Of a stretch of DNA of 64,000 bases, positions 50,732 through 59,558 are shown one piece after another. The stretch is from an uncultured bacterium (GTDB lineage: Bacteria; Zixibacteria; MSB-5A5; UBA10806). Position 1 is the stretch's first letter. Each line of letters starts with the position of its first letter. Position numbers and translations under genes: made by a program. The stretch covers positions 1 through 64,000 of the forward strand of contig CBEUCH010000016.1 in NCBI GenBank assembly GCA_965541585.1, in the 5' to 3' direction. Under the pieces are notes generated by a model that was not told the origin of the DNA, ran no database searches, and was given only the letters and a program-made list of their open reading frames with translations.

Positions 50732-51622
50732 ATGAAGAAGTTAGCAGCGGCGACATTAATCGTGATTTTCAGCTTATCTATAGCCTCCGCCCAATCCAAC
50801 AAGATCGTCTTCGGCCCGCTGGAGGGAGATGATGCCGGGGTTTTGACGGTGCATAATGGTGAGGCTATTGAGATTGAGATGTGGGTACGGACAGATCCGG
50901 ATAATCCTGCCCCTATTATCGGCGTATCGCATTGCCTGATGTCTGCGGATACTATTATCGCCAGCCGCAACGGTGCCACATTTGATTCCGACTATGGCTA
51001 TCCGTGTTGGGATACCTTCGTCAGCCCCCCATTCGGACACCCGTATGATCCGAACATTCCCGAAGGACATACGATACAAGTTGCAGCCGCTATCTATACG
51101 ATATTCGATCCTCCCTGCCACCCAATGGATACGAACGGCGAATGGGACTATTACGGGGCTTTTTTGATGACATGCAATACCGGCCTGCCTGTCGACAGCA
51201 CATATTACCCGTTTTTAGCTGGCTGGTTTCCGCACAGCGGGCAGGGAACCAGTTGGTCTTTTGAAGCTCCGCCGGGCGGAAGCGTGGAGCCAGAACAGGA
51301 TTACTGCGGGCTCTTTTTTCAACCCGAAACCCGTATCGGCCAGAATGAAGGATTGCCTGAAGAGTTTTCCCTTTTCCAAAACCACCCTAATCCGTTCAAC
51401 ACCAAGACCACAATCCGATATAGCCTGCCGGAAGAGAGCGACGTCACCATCGAAATCTACAATATCCTGGGACGAAAGATTGAGACGCTGGTATCGGGAA
51501 TACAGCCAGCCGGATGGCATTCGATGGTATGGGATGCTGAAAATCGGCCGTCAGGAGTCTATTTCTATTGGATAAAAGCCGGAGAATATAAGGAATCGAG
51601 GAGCTGTTTGCTTCTGAAATAG
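50732..51622 (+). CDS. Array paralog 8: variable domain plus CTD
   Basis: NKIVFGPL domain, then QNHPNPFN...SCLLLK. Confidence 0.85.
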   Translation: MKKLAAATLIVIFSLSIASAQSNKIVFGPLEGDDAGVLTVHNGEAIEIEMWVRTDPDNPAPIIGVSHCLMSADTIIASRNGATFDSDYGYPCWDTFVSPPFGHPYDPNIPEGHTIQVAAAIYTIFDPPCHPMDTNGEWDYYGAFLMTCNTGLPVDSTYYPFLAGWFPHSGQGTSWSFEAPPGGSVEPEQDYCGLFFQPETRIGQNEGLPEEFSLFQNHPNPFNTKTTIRYSLPEESDVTIEIYNILGRKIETLVSGIQPAGWHSMVWDAENRPSGVYFYWIKAGEYKESRSCLLLK

Positions 51623-51640
51623 AAGGTCAAGGGGGAAAAT

Positions 51641-52549
51641 ATGAAAAGATTACTGATGCCATTATTAATCGTGATTTTCGGCTTAGCTACAGCCTCCGCC
51701 CAATCCAACAAGATCGTCTTCGGGCCGCTGGAGGGGGATGAAGCCGGGGTTCTAACCGTTCACAATAGTGAGGCTATCGGAATTGAGATGTGGGTGCGAA
51801 CAGACCCGGATAATCCTACGCCCATTATCGCCACAGCGCATGGTCTGATGTCTGAAAATGTGATCATAGTGGAACGAAATCGAATGGATCCTGAGCCGGA
51901 ATATAACTCACTGCCTTGGGCACAGTTCTTTATAGACGGGCCTTATGTATATGATCCCCAATATGACTTTCCTATACCTGAAGGCTGGACATGCGAAATG
52001 CAAGGTGCATTATGTTGTGACCTCCCAGGTGACCCTGGGCCGCGTCTTGACACCCAGGGCGAATGGGATCTTTACGGTACCTGGCTGATGGTCACTAATA
52101 CCGAAATAGCGACAGAGCAAACTTACTTCCCATTCGTAGAAGGCTGGTATCCGCATAGTGGCTTTGGTACTTCCTGGGTGTTCGAGTGGGGTGATGATTG
52201 GGTTGAACCTGACAAGTCTTACTGCGGGTTGTATTTCGAATCTAATATCTGCGTCTATCTCCCCGGCGACTGCGACCATAACGGCTTTCCGATAGAACTC
52301 ACTGATGTCCTGGCCATGATCGGTTTTTATAGAGGGGGAATAGAGCCAGATTATCTATGCGAATGCAGCGAAGATCCGACAGTTTACAACTTCGCCGCCA
52401 CAGCCGACCCCAACGGCAACTGCGCCCCCAACGAGCTTCTGGACGTGGTTACCGAGATAGCCGCTTACCGTGGAACCATGACAGCCTCCGGCTGCCCCGA
52501 CTGCCCCGGCTCCGAAGGAATAGTGAATCGAGAAAATGAAGGGCGATAG
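51641..52549 (+). CDS. Array paralog 9: variable domain plus dockerin
   Basis: Same architecture as paralogs 1-4. Confidence 0.85.
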   Translation: MKRLLMPLLIVIFGLATASAQSNKIVFGPLEGDEAGVLTVHNSEAIGIEMWVRTDPDNPTPIIATAHGLMSENVIIVERNRMDPEPEYNSLPWAQFFIDGPYVYDPQYDFPIPEGWTCEMQGALCCDLPGDPGPRLDTQGEWDLYGTWLMVTNTEIATEQTYFPFVEGWYPHSGFGTSWVFEWGDDWVEPDKSYCGLYFESNICVYLPGDCDHNGFPIELTDVLAMIGFYRGGIEPDYLCECSEDPTVYNFAATADPNGNCAPNELLDVVTEIAAYRGTMTASGCPDCPGSEGIVNRENEGR

Positions 52550-52558
52550 GAGGCCATT

Positions 52559-53452
52559 ATGAGGACCCTGGGATTTATATTGTTTGCATTCATATCTTTA
52601 GGGATGTCTGAGACCTCCGCGCAATCCAACAAAATCGTCTTCGGCCCGCTGGAGGGGGATGAGGCTGGAATCCTGACAGTGCATAACGGAGAGGCCATCG
52701 GAGTTGAACTCTGGGTACGGACAGATCCGGATAATCCCACCGGCATCTGTGGCATGGCCCATGGCCTATCATCAGATGATCTTATAATAGGGAGTCGAAA
52801 CGGAATCGATATTGAACCTGAGTATGACATGCCGAATTGGGAAGCCACCTGGGTTGATGGACCTTTTACGCATAATCCCGATGATCCTTTCCCAATTCCA
52901 CAAGGATTTACGTGCGAAGTTCAAATTGGTTATAGTCTGTGGTGTTCACCGTTTATGGATACGAACGGCGAGTGGGATCTCTATGGCACCTGGCTGATGG
53001 TTACCAATACTGGAGTACCGATAGAGCAGCTCTATTACCCATTTGCAATGGGCTGGTATCCTCATAGCGGACAGGGAACCAGTTGGTCTTTTGAAGCTCC
53101 GCCGGGCGGCTCGGTCGTTCCCGAGCAGGATTACTGCGGGCTCTATTTTGAAACCGAAACCCGTATAGACGAGAATAAAAGATTGCCCCAGGAGTTTTCA
53201 TTGGCTCAAAACTATCCCAATCCCTTCAATGCCAAGACCACAATCCGATACAGCCTGCCGGAAAAGAGCGATGTCACCATAGAAATCTTCGATATCCTGG
53301 GGCGGAAGGTTGAGACGCTGGTTCAAGAAAGACTGGCTGCCGGCTATCATCAGGTGGTCTGGGACGCTGAGAATCAACCATCAGGAAATTATATGTACTG
53401 GATAAAAGCCGGAAAATATAAGGAATCGAGGAGCTGTTTGCTTCTGAAATAG
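52559..53452 (+). CDS. Array paralog 10: variable domain plus CTD
   Basis: NKIVFGPL domain plus QNYPNPFN CTD. Confidence 0.85.
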   Translation: MRTLGFILFAFISLGMSETSAQSNKIVFGPLEGDEAGILTVHNGEAIGVELWVRTDPDNPTGICGMAHGLSSDDLIIGSRNGIDIEPEYDMPNWEATWVDGPFTHNPDDPFPIPQGFTCEVQIGYSLWCSPFMDTNGEWDLYGTWLMVTNTGVPIEQLYYPFAMGWYPHSGQGTSWSFEAPPGGSVVPEQDYCGLYFETETRIDENKRLPQEFSLAQNYPNPFNAKTTIRYSLPEKSDVTIEIFDILGRKVETLVQERLAAGYHQVVWDAENQPSGNYMYWIKAGKYKESRSCLLLK

Positions 53453-53470
53453 AAGCTCAAGGGGGAGAAT

Positions 53471-54364
53471 ATGAAGAAGCTATTACTGGCGACATTAATC
53501 GTGATTTTCAGCTTATCTATTGCCTCCGCCCAATCCAACAAGATCGTCTTCGGGCCGCTGGAGGGGGATGATGCCGGGGTTTTGACGGTGCACAATGCGG
53601 AGAGTATCGAAGTTGAACTCTGGGTGCGGACCGATCCGGATAATCCTGACTGGATCATAGCTGTTTCCCACGGTTTGCTTTCTGAAGATGCCATTATCGC
53701 AGAGCGGAACGGCATGGATCCGGAGCCCGAATACAACATGCCTAACTGGGAAAGTTTCTTTGTCGACGGGCCTTTTGTACATGATCCAGACTATGCTTAT
53801 CCCATTCCGATAGGGTGGACATGCGAGATGCAGGTCGCACTATGCGTCTGGAATCCGGGTTGTAGTTTGGATACCCAGGGCGAATGGGATCTTTATGGCA
53901 CCTGGCTGATGGTTACGAATACCGAAATACCGGTTGAACAGACCTATTACCCTTTTGAAATGGGCTGGTACCCTCACAGTGGTCAGGGAACATCATGGGC
54001 TTTTGAAGTACCACCGGGCGGCATCATTGAGCCGGAGCAGTCTTACTGCGGGCTCTTTTTTGAACCCGAAACAAGTATCGACGAGAATGAAAGCCTGCCT
54101 GAAGAGTTTTTCCTTTTCCAAAACTACCCCAACCCGTTCAACACCAAGACCACAATCCAATACAGCCTGCCGGAAGAGAGCAATGTCACAATCGAAATAT
54201 ACAATATCCTTGGCCGCAGGATCGAGACGCTAATATCCGGGATTCAGCCACCCGGTTCGCATTCGGTGGTATGGGATGCTGAAAATCAACCGTCAGGAGT
54301 CTATTTCTATTGGATAAAAGCCGGAAAATATAAGGAATCGAGGAGCTGTCTGCTTCTGAAATAG
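53471..54364 (+). CDS. Array paralog 11: variable domain plus CTD
   Basis: NKIVFGPL domain plus QNYPNPFN CTD. Confidence 0.85.
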   Translation: MKKLLLATLIVIFSLSIASAQSNKIVFGPLEGDDAGVLTVHNAESIEVELWVRTDPDNPDWIIAVSHGLLSEDAIIAERNGMDPEPEYNMPNWESFFVDGPFVHDPDYAYPIPIGWTCEMQVALCVWNPGCSLDTQGEWDLYGTWLMVTNTEIPVEQTYYPFEMGWYPHSGQGTSWAFEVPPGGIIEPEQSYCGLFFEPETSIDENESLPEEFFLFQNYPNPFNTKTTIQYSLPEESNVTIEIYNILGRRIETLISGIQPPGSHSVVWDAENQPSGVYFYWIKAGKYKESRSCLLLK

Positions 54365-54382
54365 AAGGTCAATGGGGAAAAT

Positions 54383-55276
54383 ATGAAGAAGTTAGCAGCG
54401 GCGACATTAATCGTGATTTTCAGCTTATCTATAGCCTCCGCCCAATCCAACAAGATCGTCTTCGGCCCGCTGGAGGGAGATGATGCCGGGGTTTTGACGG
54501 TGCATAATGGTGAGGCTATTGAGATTGAGATGTGGGTACGGACAGATCCGGATAATCCTGCCCCTATTATTGGCATATCGCATTGTCTGATGTCTGCGGA
54601 TACTATTATCGCCAGCCGTAACGGTGCCACATTTGATCCAGACTACAGCTATCCGTGTTGGAATACCTTCGTCAGCCCCCCATTCGGACACCCGGATTAT
54701 CCGGACCTTCCCGAAGGACATACGATACAAGCTGCAGGCGCTATGCATACGGTATTCGATCCTCCCTGCGATTCAATAGATACGAACGGCGAATGGGATT
54801 ATTACGGGGCTTTTTTGATGACATGCAACACCGGCCTGCCAACAGATGAAACCTATTATCCGTTTTCTATGGGTTGGTATCCTCACAGCGGCGAGGGAAC
54901 AAAATGGGCATTCGCGGGAGGTGGCGGCATCGAGCCGGAACAGTCTTACTGTGGGCTGTATTTTGAGCCATATCCTTGTTTGTACATTCCCGGCGACTGC
55001 GACCATAACAGCTTTCCAATAGAACTCACTGACGTCCTGGCCATGATAGGCTTTTACAGGGGGAATATAGAGCCAGATTATCTATGCGGCTGCGGAGAAG
55101 ACCCCATAATACACGATTTCGCTGCCACCGCCGATCCCAACGGCAACTGCGCCCCCAACGAGCTTCTGGACGTGGTTACCGAGATAGCCGCCTACCGTGG
55201 AACCATGACAGCCTCCGGTTGCCCCGACTGCCCCGGCTCCGAGGGTCTGGTAAAGCGAGAAGATGAAGGTCAATAA
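54383..55276 (+). CDS. Array paralog 12: variable domain plus dockerin
   Basis: N-domain nearly identical to paralog 8, but with a dockerin C-terminus. Confidence 0.85.
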   Translation: MKKLAAATLIVIFSLSIASAQSNKIVFGPLEGDDAGVLTVHNGEAIEIEMWVRTDPDNPAPIIGISHCLMSADTIIASRNGATFDPDYSYPCWNTFVSPPFGHPDYPDLPEGHTIQAAGAMHTVFDPPCDSIDTNGEWDYYGAFLMTCNTGLPTDETYYPFSMGWYPHSGEGTKWAFAGGGGIEPEQSYCGLYFEPYPCLYIPGDCDHNSFPIELTDVLAMIGFYRGNIEPDYLCGCGEDPIIHDFAATADPNGNCAPNELLDVVTEIAAYRGTMTASGCPDCPGSEGLVKREDEGQ

Positions 55277-55285
55277 GGGGCGAAT

Positions 55286-56185
55286 ATGAAAACGCTGCTC
55301 TCAATATTCTTGGTGATATCGATCATGCCGTCAGCGGCCGTTTCGCAGGACCTGAACAAGATCGTCATCGGCCCGCTGGTGGGAGATGATGCTGGCATTT
55401 TGACTGTGCATAACGGCGAAGATATTGAGATTGAGGTATGGGTGCGGACCGACCCGGGTAACCCGGTTTATATAGTCTTTGTTGCTCATGGTCTGTTGTC
55501 TGAAAACGCAATCATAGCGGAGCGAAATGGAATGGACCCTGAGCCTGTATATGACATGCCACCTTGGGAGTCATTCTGGGTCGATGGACCTTTTGTCCAT
55601 AATCCGGAAGACAACTTTCCAATCCCCTCAGGGTGGACCTGCGAAATGCAGGCTGCATGGCTCGGCTGGACCGATCCACCACCACCTCTCGATACACAGG
55701 GAGAATGGGACCTCTACGGCACCTGGCTTATGGTTACGAATACCGAGATACCGATAAACCAGACCTATTACCCACTTGCAATGGGCTGGTATCCGCACAG
55801 CGAGCAGGGGACCTTCTGGGGTTTTCCAGTGCCTCCCGGTGGCTCGGTGGAACCCGAGCAGTCTTACTGCGGGCTCTATTTTGAACCCGAAACAAATATC
55901 GACCAGAATGAAAGATTGCCGCAGGAGTTTTCTCTGGCTCAAAACTACCCCAATCCCTTCAATGCCAAGACCACAATCAAATATGGCCTGCCGGAAGCGA
56001 GGGAGGTTACAATCGAAATCTACAATACCCTGGGACGGAGGGTTGAGACGCTGGTTCAAGAAAAACAGGCTGCCGGCTATCATCAGGTGGTCTGGGATGC
56101 TGAGAATCAGCCGTCAGGAGTCTATTTCTATTGGATAAAAGCCGGAGAATATAAGGAATCGAGGAGCTGTTTGCTTCTGAAATAG
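55286..56185 (+). CDS. Array paralog 13: variable domain plus CTD
   Basis: NKIVIGPL domain plus QNYPNPFN CTD. Confidence 0.85.
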   Translation: MKTLLSIFLVISIMPSAAVSQDLNKIVIGPLVGDDAGILTVHNGEDIEIEVWVRTDPGNPVYIVFVAHGLLSENAIIAERNGMDPEPVYDMPPWESFWVDGPFVHNPEDNFPIPSGWTCEMQAAWLGWTDPPPPLDTQGEWDLYGTWLMVTNTEIPINQTYYPLAMGWYPHSEQGTFWGFPVPPGGSVEPEQSYCGLYFEPETNIDQNERLPQEFSLAQNYPNPFNAKTTIKYGLPEAREVTIEIYNTLGRRVETLVQEKQAAGYHQVVWDAENQPSGVYFYWIKAGEYKESRSCLLLK

Positions 56186-56203
56186 AAGGTCAAGGGGGAA
56201 AAT

Positions 56204-57103
56204 ATGAAGAAGTTATCAGCGGCGACATTAATAGTGCTTTTCGGCTTAGCTATAGCCTCCGCCCAATCCAACAAAATCGTCTTCGGCCCGCTGGAGGGAG
56301 ATGAGGCTGGGGTCTTGACGGTGCATAATGGTGAGGCTATTGAGATTGAGGTATGGGTCAGGACGGATCCATTGAATCCCGCTCCCGTCGTGGGATTTGC
56401 CACCGGATTATTGTCAAATGATAGCTTCATAGCCGAAAGAAACTGTGCCATTTTTAATCCCGAATACCATTGGGAAAGTATGGGCTGCGACGGCCCGTTT
56501 CGACACGATCCGGATGATCCTTTCCCTATCCCGGAAGGTCATACATCGGAATTCATATGGGCCATCTGTCCGCTTTTTCCCCCTCCCTACTGTGATACTC
56601 TTGATACCGGTGGCGAATGGGATTATTTAGCCTCCTTCCTGATGGTCTGCAATACCGGCGTGCCAACAGATGAAACCTATTATCCGTTTTCTATTGGCTG
56701 GTATCCTCACAGCGGCGAGGGAACAAAATGGGCATTCGCGGGTGGTGGTGGCATCACCCCGGAGCAAGACTATTGCGGATTGTATTTTGATGAAATTATC
56801 GTTTGCGATTACATCCCCGGAGATTGCGATCATAACGGCTTTCCAATAGAACTCACCGATGTTCTGGCCATGATAGGATTTTACAGGGGGAATATAGAGC
56901 CAGATTATCTATGCGAATGCGGCGAAGATCCTACAGTCTACAACTTCGCCGCCACCGCCGACCCCAACGGGAACTGCGCCCCCAACGAGCTTCTGGACGT
57001 GGTTACGGAGATAGCCGCCTACCGGGGAACCATGACAGCCTCCGGTTGCCCCGACTGTCCCGGCTCGGAGGGGCTGGTGATTCGAGAAAATGAAGATCAA
57101 TAA
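56204..57103 (+). CDS. Array paralog 14: variable domain plus dockerin
   Basis: Same architecture as the other dockerin paralogs. Confidence 0.85.
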   Translation: MKKLSAATLIVLFGLAIASAQSNKIVFGPLEGDEAGVLTVHNGEAIEIEVWVRTDPLNPAPVVGFATGLLSNDSFIAERNCAIFNPEYHWESMGCDGPFRHDPDDPFPIPEGHTSEFIWAICPLFPPPYCDTLDTGGEWDYLASFLMVCNTGVPTDETYYPFSIGWYPHSGEGTKWAFAGGGGITPEQDYCGLYFDEIIVCDYIPGDCDHNGFPIELTDVLAMIGFYRGNIEPDYLCECGEDPTVYNFAATADPNGNCAPNELLDVVTEIAAYRGTMTASGCPDCPGSEGLVIRENEDQ

Positions 57104-57112
57104 GGGAGAAAT

Positions 57113-58006
57113 ATGAAAACGCTGCTATCAATATTATTGGCGATATCGATCATGCCGTCAGTGACAGTTTCGCAGAACCTGAATAAGATCGTTTTCGGGC
57201 CGCTGGAGGGGGATGATGCCGGGGTTTTGACCGTGCACAACGGCCAGGCTATTGAGATTGAGATGTGGATTAGAACGGATCCGAATAATCCTGCGCCTAT
57301 TATCGGCGTATCGCATTGCCTGATGTCTGCGGATACCATTATCGCCAGCCGCAGTGGTGCCACATTTGATCCCGACTATAGCTATCCCTGTTGGGATACC
57401 TTCGTTAGCCCCCCATACGGACACCCGGATGATCCGAACATTCCCGAAGGATATACGATACAAGCTGCAGGCGCTATCTATACGGTATTCGATCCTCCCT
57501 GCCACCCAATGGATACGAACGGCGAATGGGACTATTACGGGGCTTTTTTGACGACATGTAATACCGGCGTGCCAATAGATGAAACCTATTATCCATTTTC
57601 CAGTGGCTGGTATCCCCACAGCGGGCAGGGAACCAGTTGGTCTTTTGAAGCTCCTCCGGGCGGAAGCGTTGATCCAGAACAGGATTACTGCGGGCTCTAT
57701 TTTGAGCCGGAGATCACTATCGATCCTATTCCTGAGATTCCCTCTGAGTTTTCATTGGCTCAAAACTACCCCAATCCGTTCAACACCAGGACCACAATCC
57801 AATATAGCCTGCCGGAGGAGAGCGGGGTCACAATCGAAATCTACAATATCCTGGGGCGGAAGGTTGAGACGCTGATTCGAGAAAAACAGACAGCCGGCTA
57901 TCATCAGGTGGTCTGGGATGCTGAAAATCAACCGTCAGGAAACTATTTGTACAGAATTAAGGTTGCGGAGTATGTGGAAACGAGGAGTTGCCTGCTTTTG
58001 AAATAA
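57113..58006 (+). CDS. Array paralog 15: variable domain plus CTD
   Basis: N-domain nearly identical to paralogs 8 and 12; CTD C-terminus. Confidence 0.85.
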   Translation: MKTLLSILLAISIMPSVTVSQNLNKIVFGPLEGDDAGVLTVHNGQAIEIEMWIRTDPNNPAPIIGVSHCLMSADTIIASRSGATFDPDYSYPCWDTFVSPPYGHPDDPNIPEGYTIQAAGAIYTVFDPPCHPMDTNGEWDYYGAFLTTCNTGVPIDETYYPFSSGWYPHSGQGTSWSFEAPPGGSVDPEQDYCGLYFEPEITIDPIPEIPSEFSLAQNYPNPFNTRTTIQYSLPEESGVTIEIYNILGRKVETLIREKQTAGYHQVVWDAENQPSGNYLYRIKVAEYVETRSCLLLK

Positions 58007-58145
58007 AGCCGGGACTATGCAAACGGCTTTCCAGAATATGCAGGCAAATCGCAATGAACGGATTTTTCGAAAAGAGGACTTGTAAATCTGGTGTCTTAAT
58101 CGGTGATTCTCAGGATCTGGCGTCAGCCTTTTCCTGGTATGTGAA

Positions 58146-58158
58146 AATCAACCGATTA
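58146..58158 (+). promoter_or_regulatory. IHF consensus site
   Basis: AATCAACCGATTA is an exact match to WATCAANNNNTTR, ~75 bp upstream of a promoter. Confidence 0.4.
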
Positions 58159-58230
58159 ATGGATAAGGAGCCACCCATTTGCCTGCTCAAAAAAAAGGCA
58201 AATAAGCTCCACAATTTTTGCAAAAAAGTC

Positions 58231-58258
58231 TTGACATGGTTGGAAAATGCAATATATT
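58231..58258 (+). promoter_or_regulatory. Sigma70 promoter of the stand-alone paralog
   Basis: TTGACA-N16-TATATT with upstream A/T tracts. Confidence 0.6.
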
Positions 58259-58395
58259 GTTGACATCAAGGATGAGTCGGTTTTGGCCTCTCTGTTATGG
58301 TCATTTGCTGTTGAGGTAAGATCGGGCGATTTAAGGGGTTGGCAAGCAAGAGTGTTAATAAATAAACAGTTTTACCTGATCAAAAGGAGTAAAAC

Positions 58396-59295
58396 ATGAG
58401 GAAATTGTTGTTGTTGGGTTTGGCCATTGTTTTCGCATTCAGCTTGGCATCGGCCGAATCAAACAGGCTGGTCTATGGACCATTGGTTGGCGACGACGCG
58501 GGTGATATCTTAGTCGAGTTTGCCGGCGATCCCGTTGAGGTCGAAATGTGGGTCCGCACCGATCCGGAAAATCCGGCCGCATTCGTGGGAGTGAACCATT
58601 CACTGATGACCGAGGATGCAGTTGTTGCCACGCGCAATGGCGTAACTATCGATCCCGCTTACGCGCCGCCGATGTGGGAGACAATCTGGCTCGACGGCCC
58701 ATACATCCACGATGATGCTGATGATTTTCCTATACCGGTGGGCCACACCAGCGAGTCGGCGGTTGCCTTATACTTTGTATTCGGCGAACCTGAAGGTGAT
58801 CCTCTGGATACGCAGGGAGATTGGGATTTATACGGATCCTATAGCGTGGTCACCAATGAAGAGGCTCTTGAAGGCGAATACCATCCGTTCTCGACGGGCT
58901 GGTATCCCCACAGCGGGCAGGGCACCAGTTGGTCATATGAAACGCCTCCGGGCGGAAGCGCTGATCCCGAACAGGATTACGCTACATTGAATATCGGCCT
59001 GCTGGCCGCTGACGATGACGACATCCTGCCCATTGAATTCTCTCTGGCCCAGAACTACCCCAATCCATTCAACGCCTCCACCACCATCGAATTCAGCCTG
59101 CCGCAGGCCAGCGAAGTTACGATCCATATTTATGATATCCTGGGTCGTAGCATCGAAACGCTGAATACAGGCACGCAGACTGCCGGTAATCATTCCGTTG
59201 TCTGGCATGCCGATAACCAGCCATCGGGCGTCTATTTCTACAGAATCCAGGCCGGGAATTTCAGCGATCAGAAGAGCTGCCTTCTTCTGAAATAA
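58396..59295 (+). CDS. Paralog 16: divergent, separately transcribed variable domain plus CTD
   Basis: SNRLVYGPLVGDDAG...MWVRTDP...GWYPHSGQGTSW; QNYPNPFN CTD; AAGGAG RBS. Confidence 0.88.
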   Translation: MRKLLLLGLAIVFAFSLASAESNRLVYGPLVGDDAGDILVEFAGDPVEVEMWVRTDPENPAAFVGVNHSLMTEDAVVATRNGVTIDPAYAPPMWETIWLDGPYIHDDADDFPIPVGHTSESAVALYFVFGEPEGDPLDTQGDWDLYGSYSVVTNEEALEGEYHPFSTGWYPHSGQGTSWSYETPPGGSADPEQDYATLNIGLLAADDDDILPIEFSLAQNYPNPFNASTTIEFSLPQASEVTIHIYDILGRSIETLNTGTQTAGNHSVVWHADNQPSGVYFYRIQAGNFSDQKSCLLLK

Positions 59296-59320
59296 CAGAA
59301 AGTCAATACGGCTCGAATAT

Positions 59321-59350
59321 GGGCGGTCCTTTTGGGCCGCCTTTTTATTT
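59321..59350 (+). terminator. Intrinsic terminator
   Basis: GGCGGTCC/GGGCCGCC stem followed by TTTTTATTT. Confidence 0.8.
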
Positions 59351-59558
59351 GTGCAATGGCATCATCTATATCCAGCCGCAAAAGAAAATACAAGCATCGA
59401 CCATTACTATCTTTAATGTTTAAAATCCTGCCTTCTGCGATGACAGCATCATTTTCCAGTAAATAGAAACTTTTCCATATAGACAGCAGTATCCTAAATG
59501 TGGTTCAATTAAGCACGATTGGCTTGGTTGTATTCCTGCAATTCGTAAGGAGATTCAG

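Noticed and set aside
42313..57363. Recurrent minus-strand ORFs (…SVRTQSSTPMA…PASSPSSGPKTIL…)
   Set aside because: They are antisense translations of the conserved repeat blocks; recurrence reflects DNA repetition, not independent genes.
42370..58006. Integron cassette array or shufflon
   Set aside because: Intergenic gaps are only 9-18 bp with no attC-like palindromes, all genes share one orientation, and no integrase or invertase is present.
42389..58006. Silent pseudogene cassettes (vlsE/pilS-type antigenic variation)
   Set aside because: All copies are intact ORFs with signal peptides and RBS-like sequences, downstream of a plausible promoter.
42389..59295. Diversity-generating retroelement as the source of variation
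   Set aside because: No reverse transcriptase in the window and no TR/VR pair. Differences include indels and all base types rather than adenine-specific substitutions.
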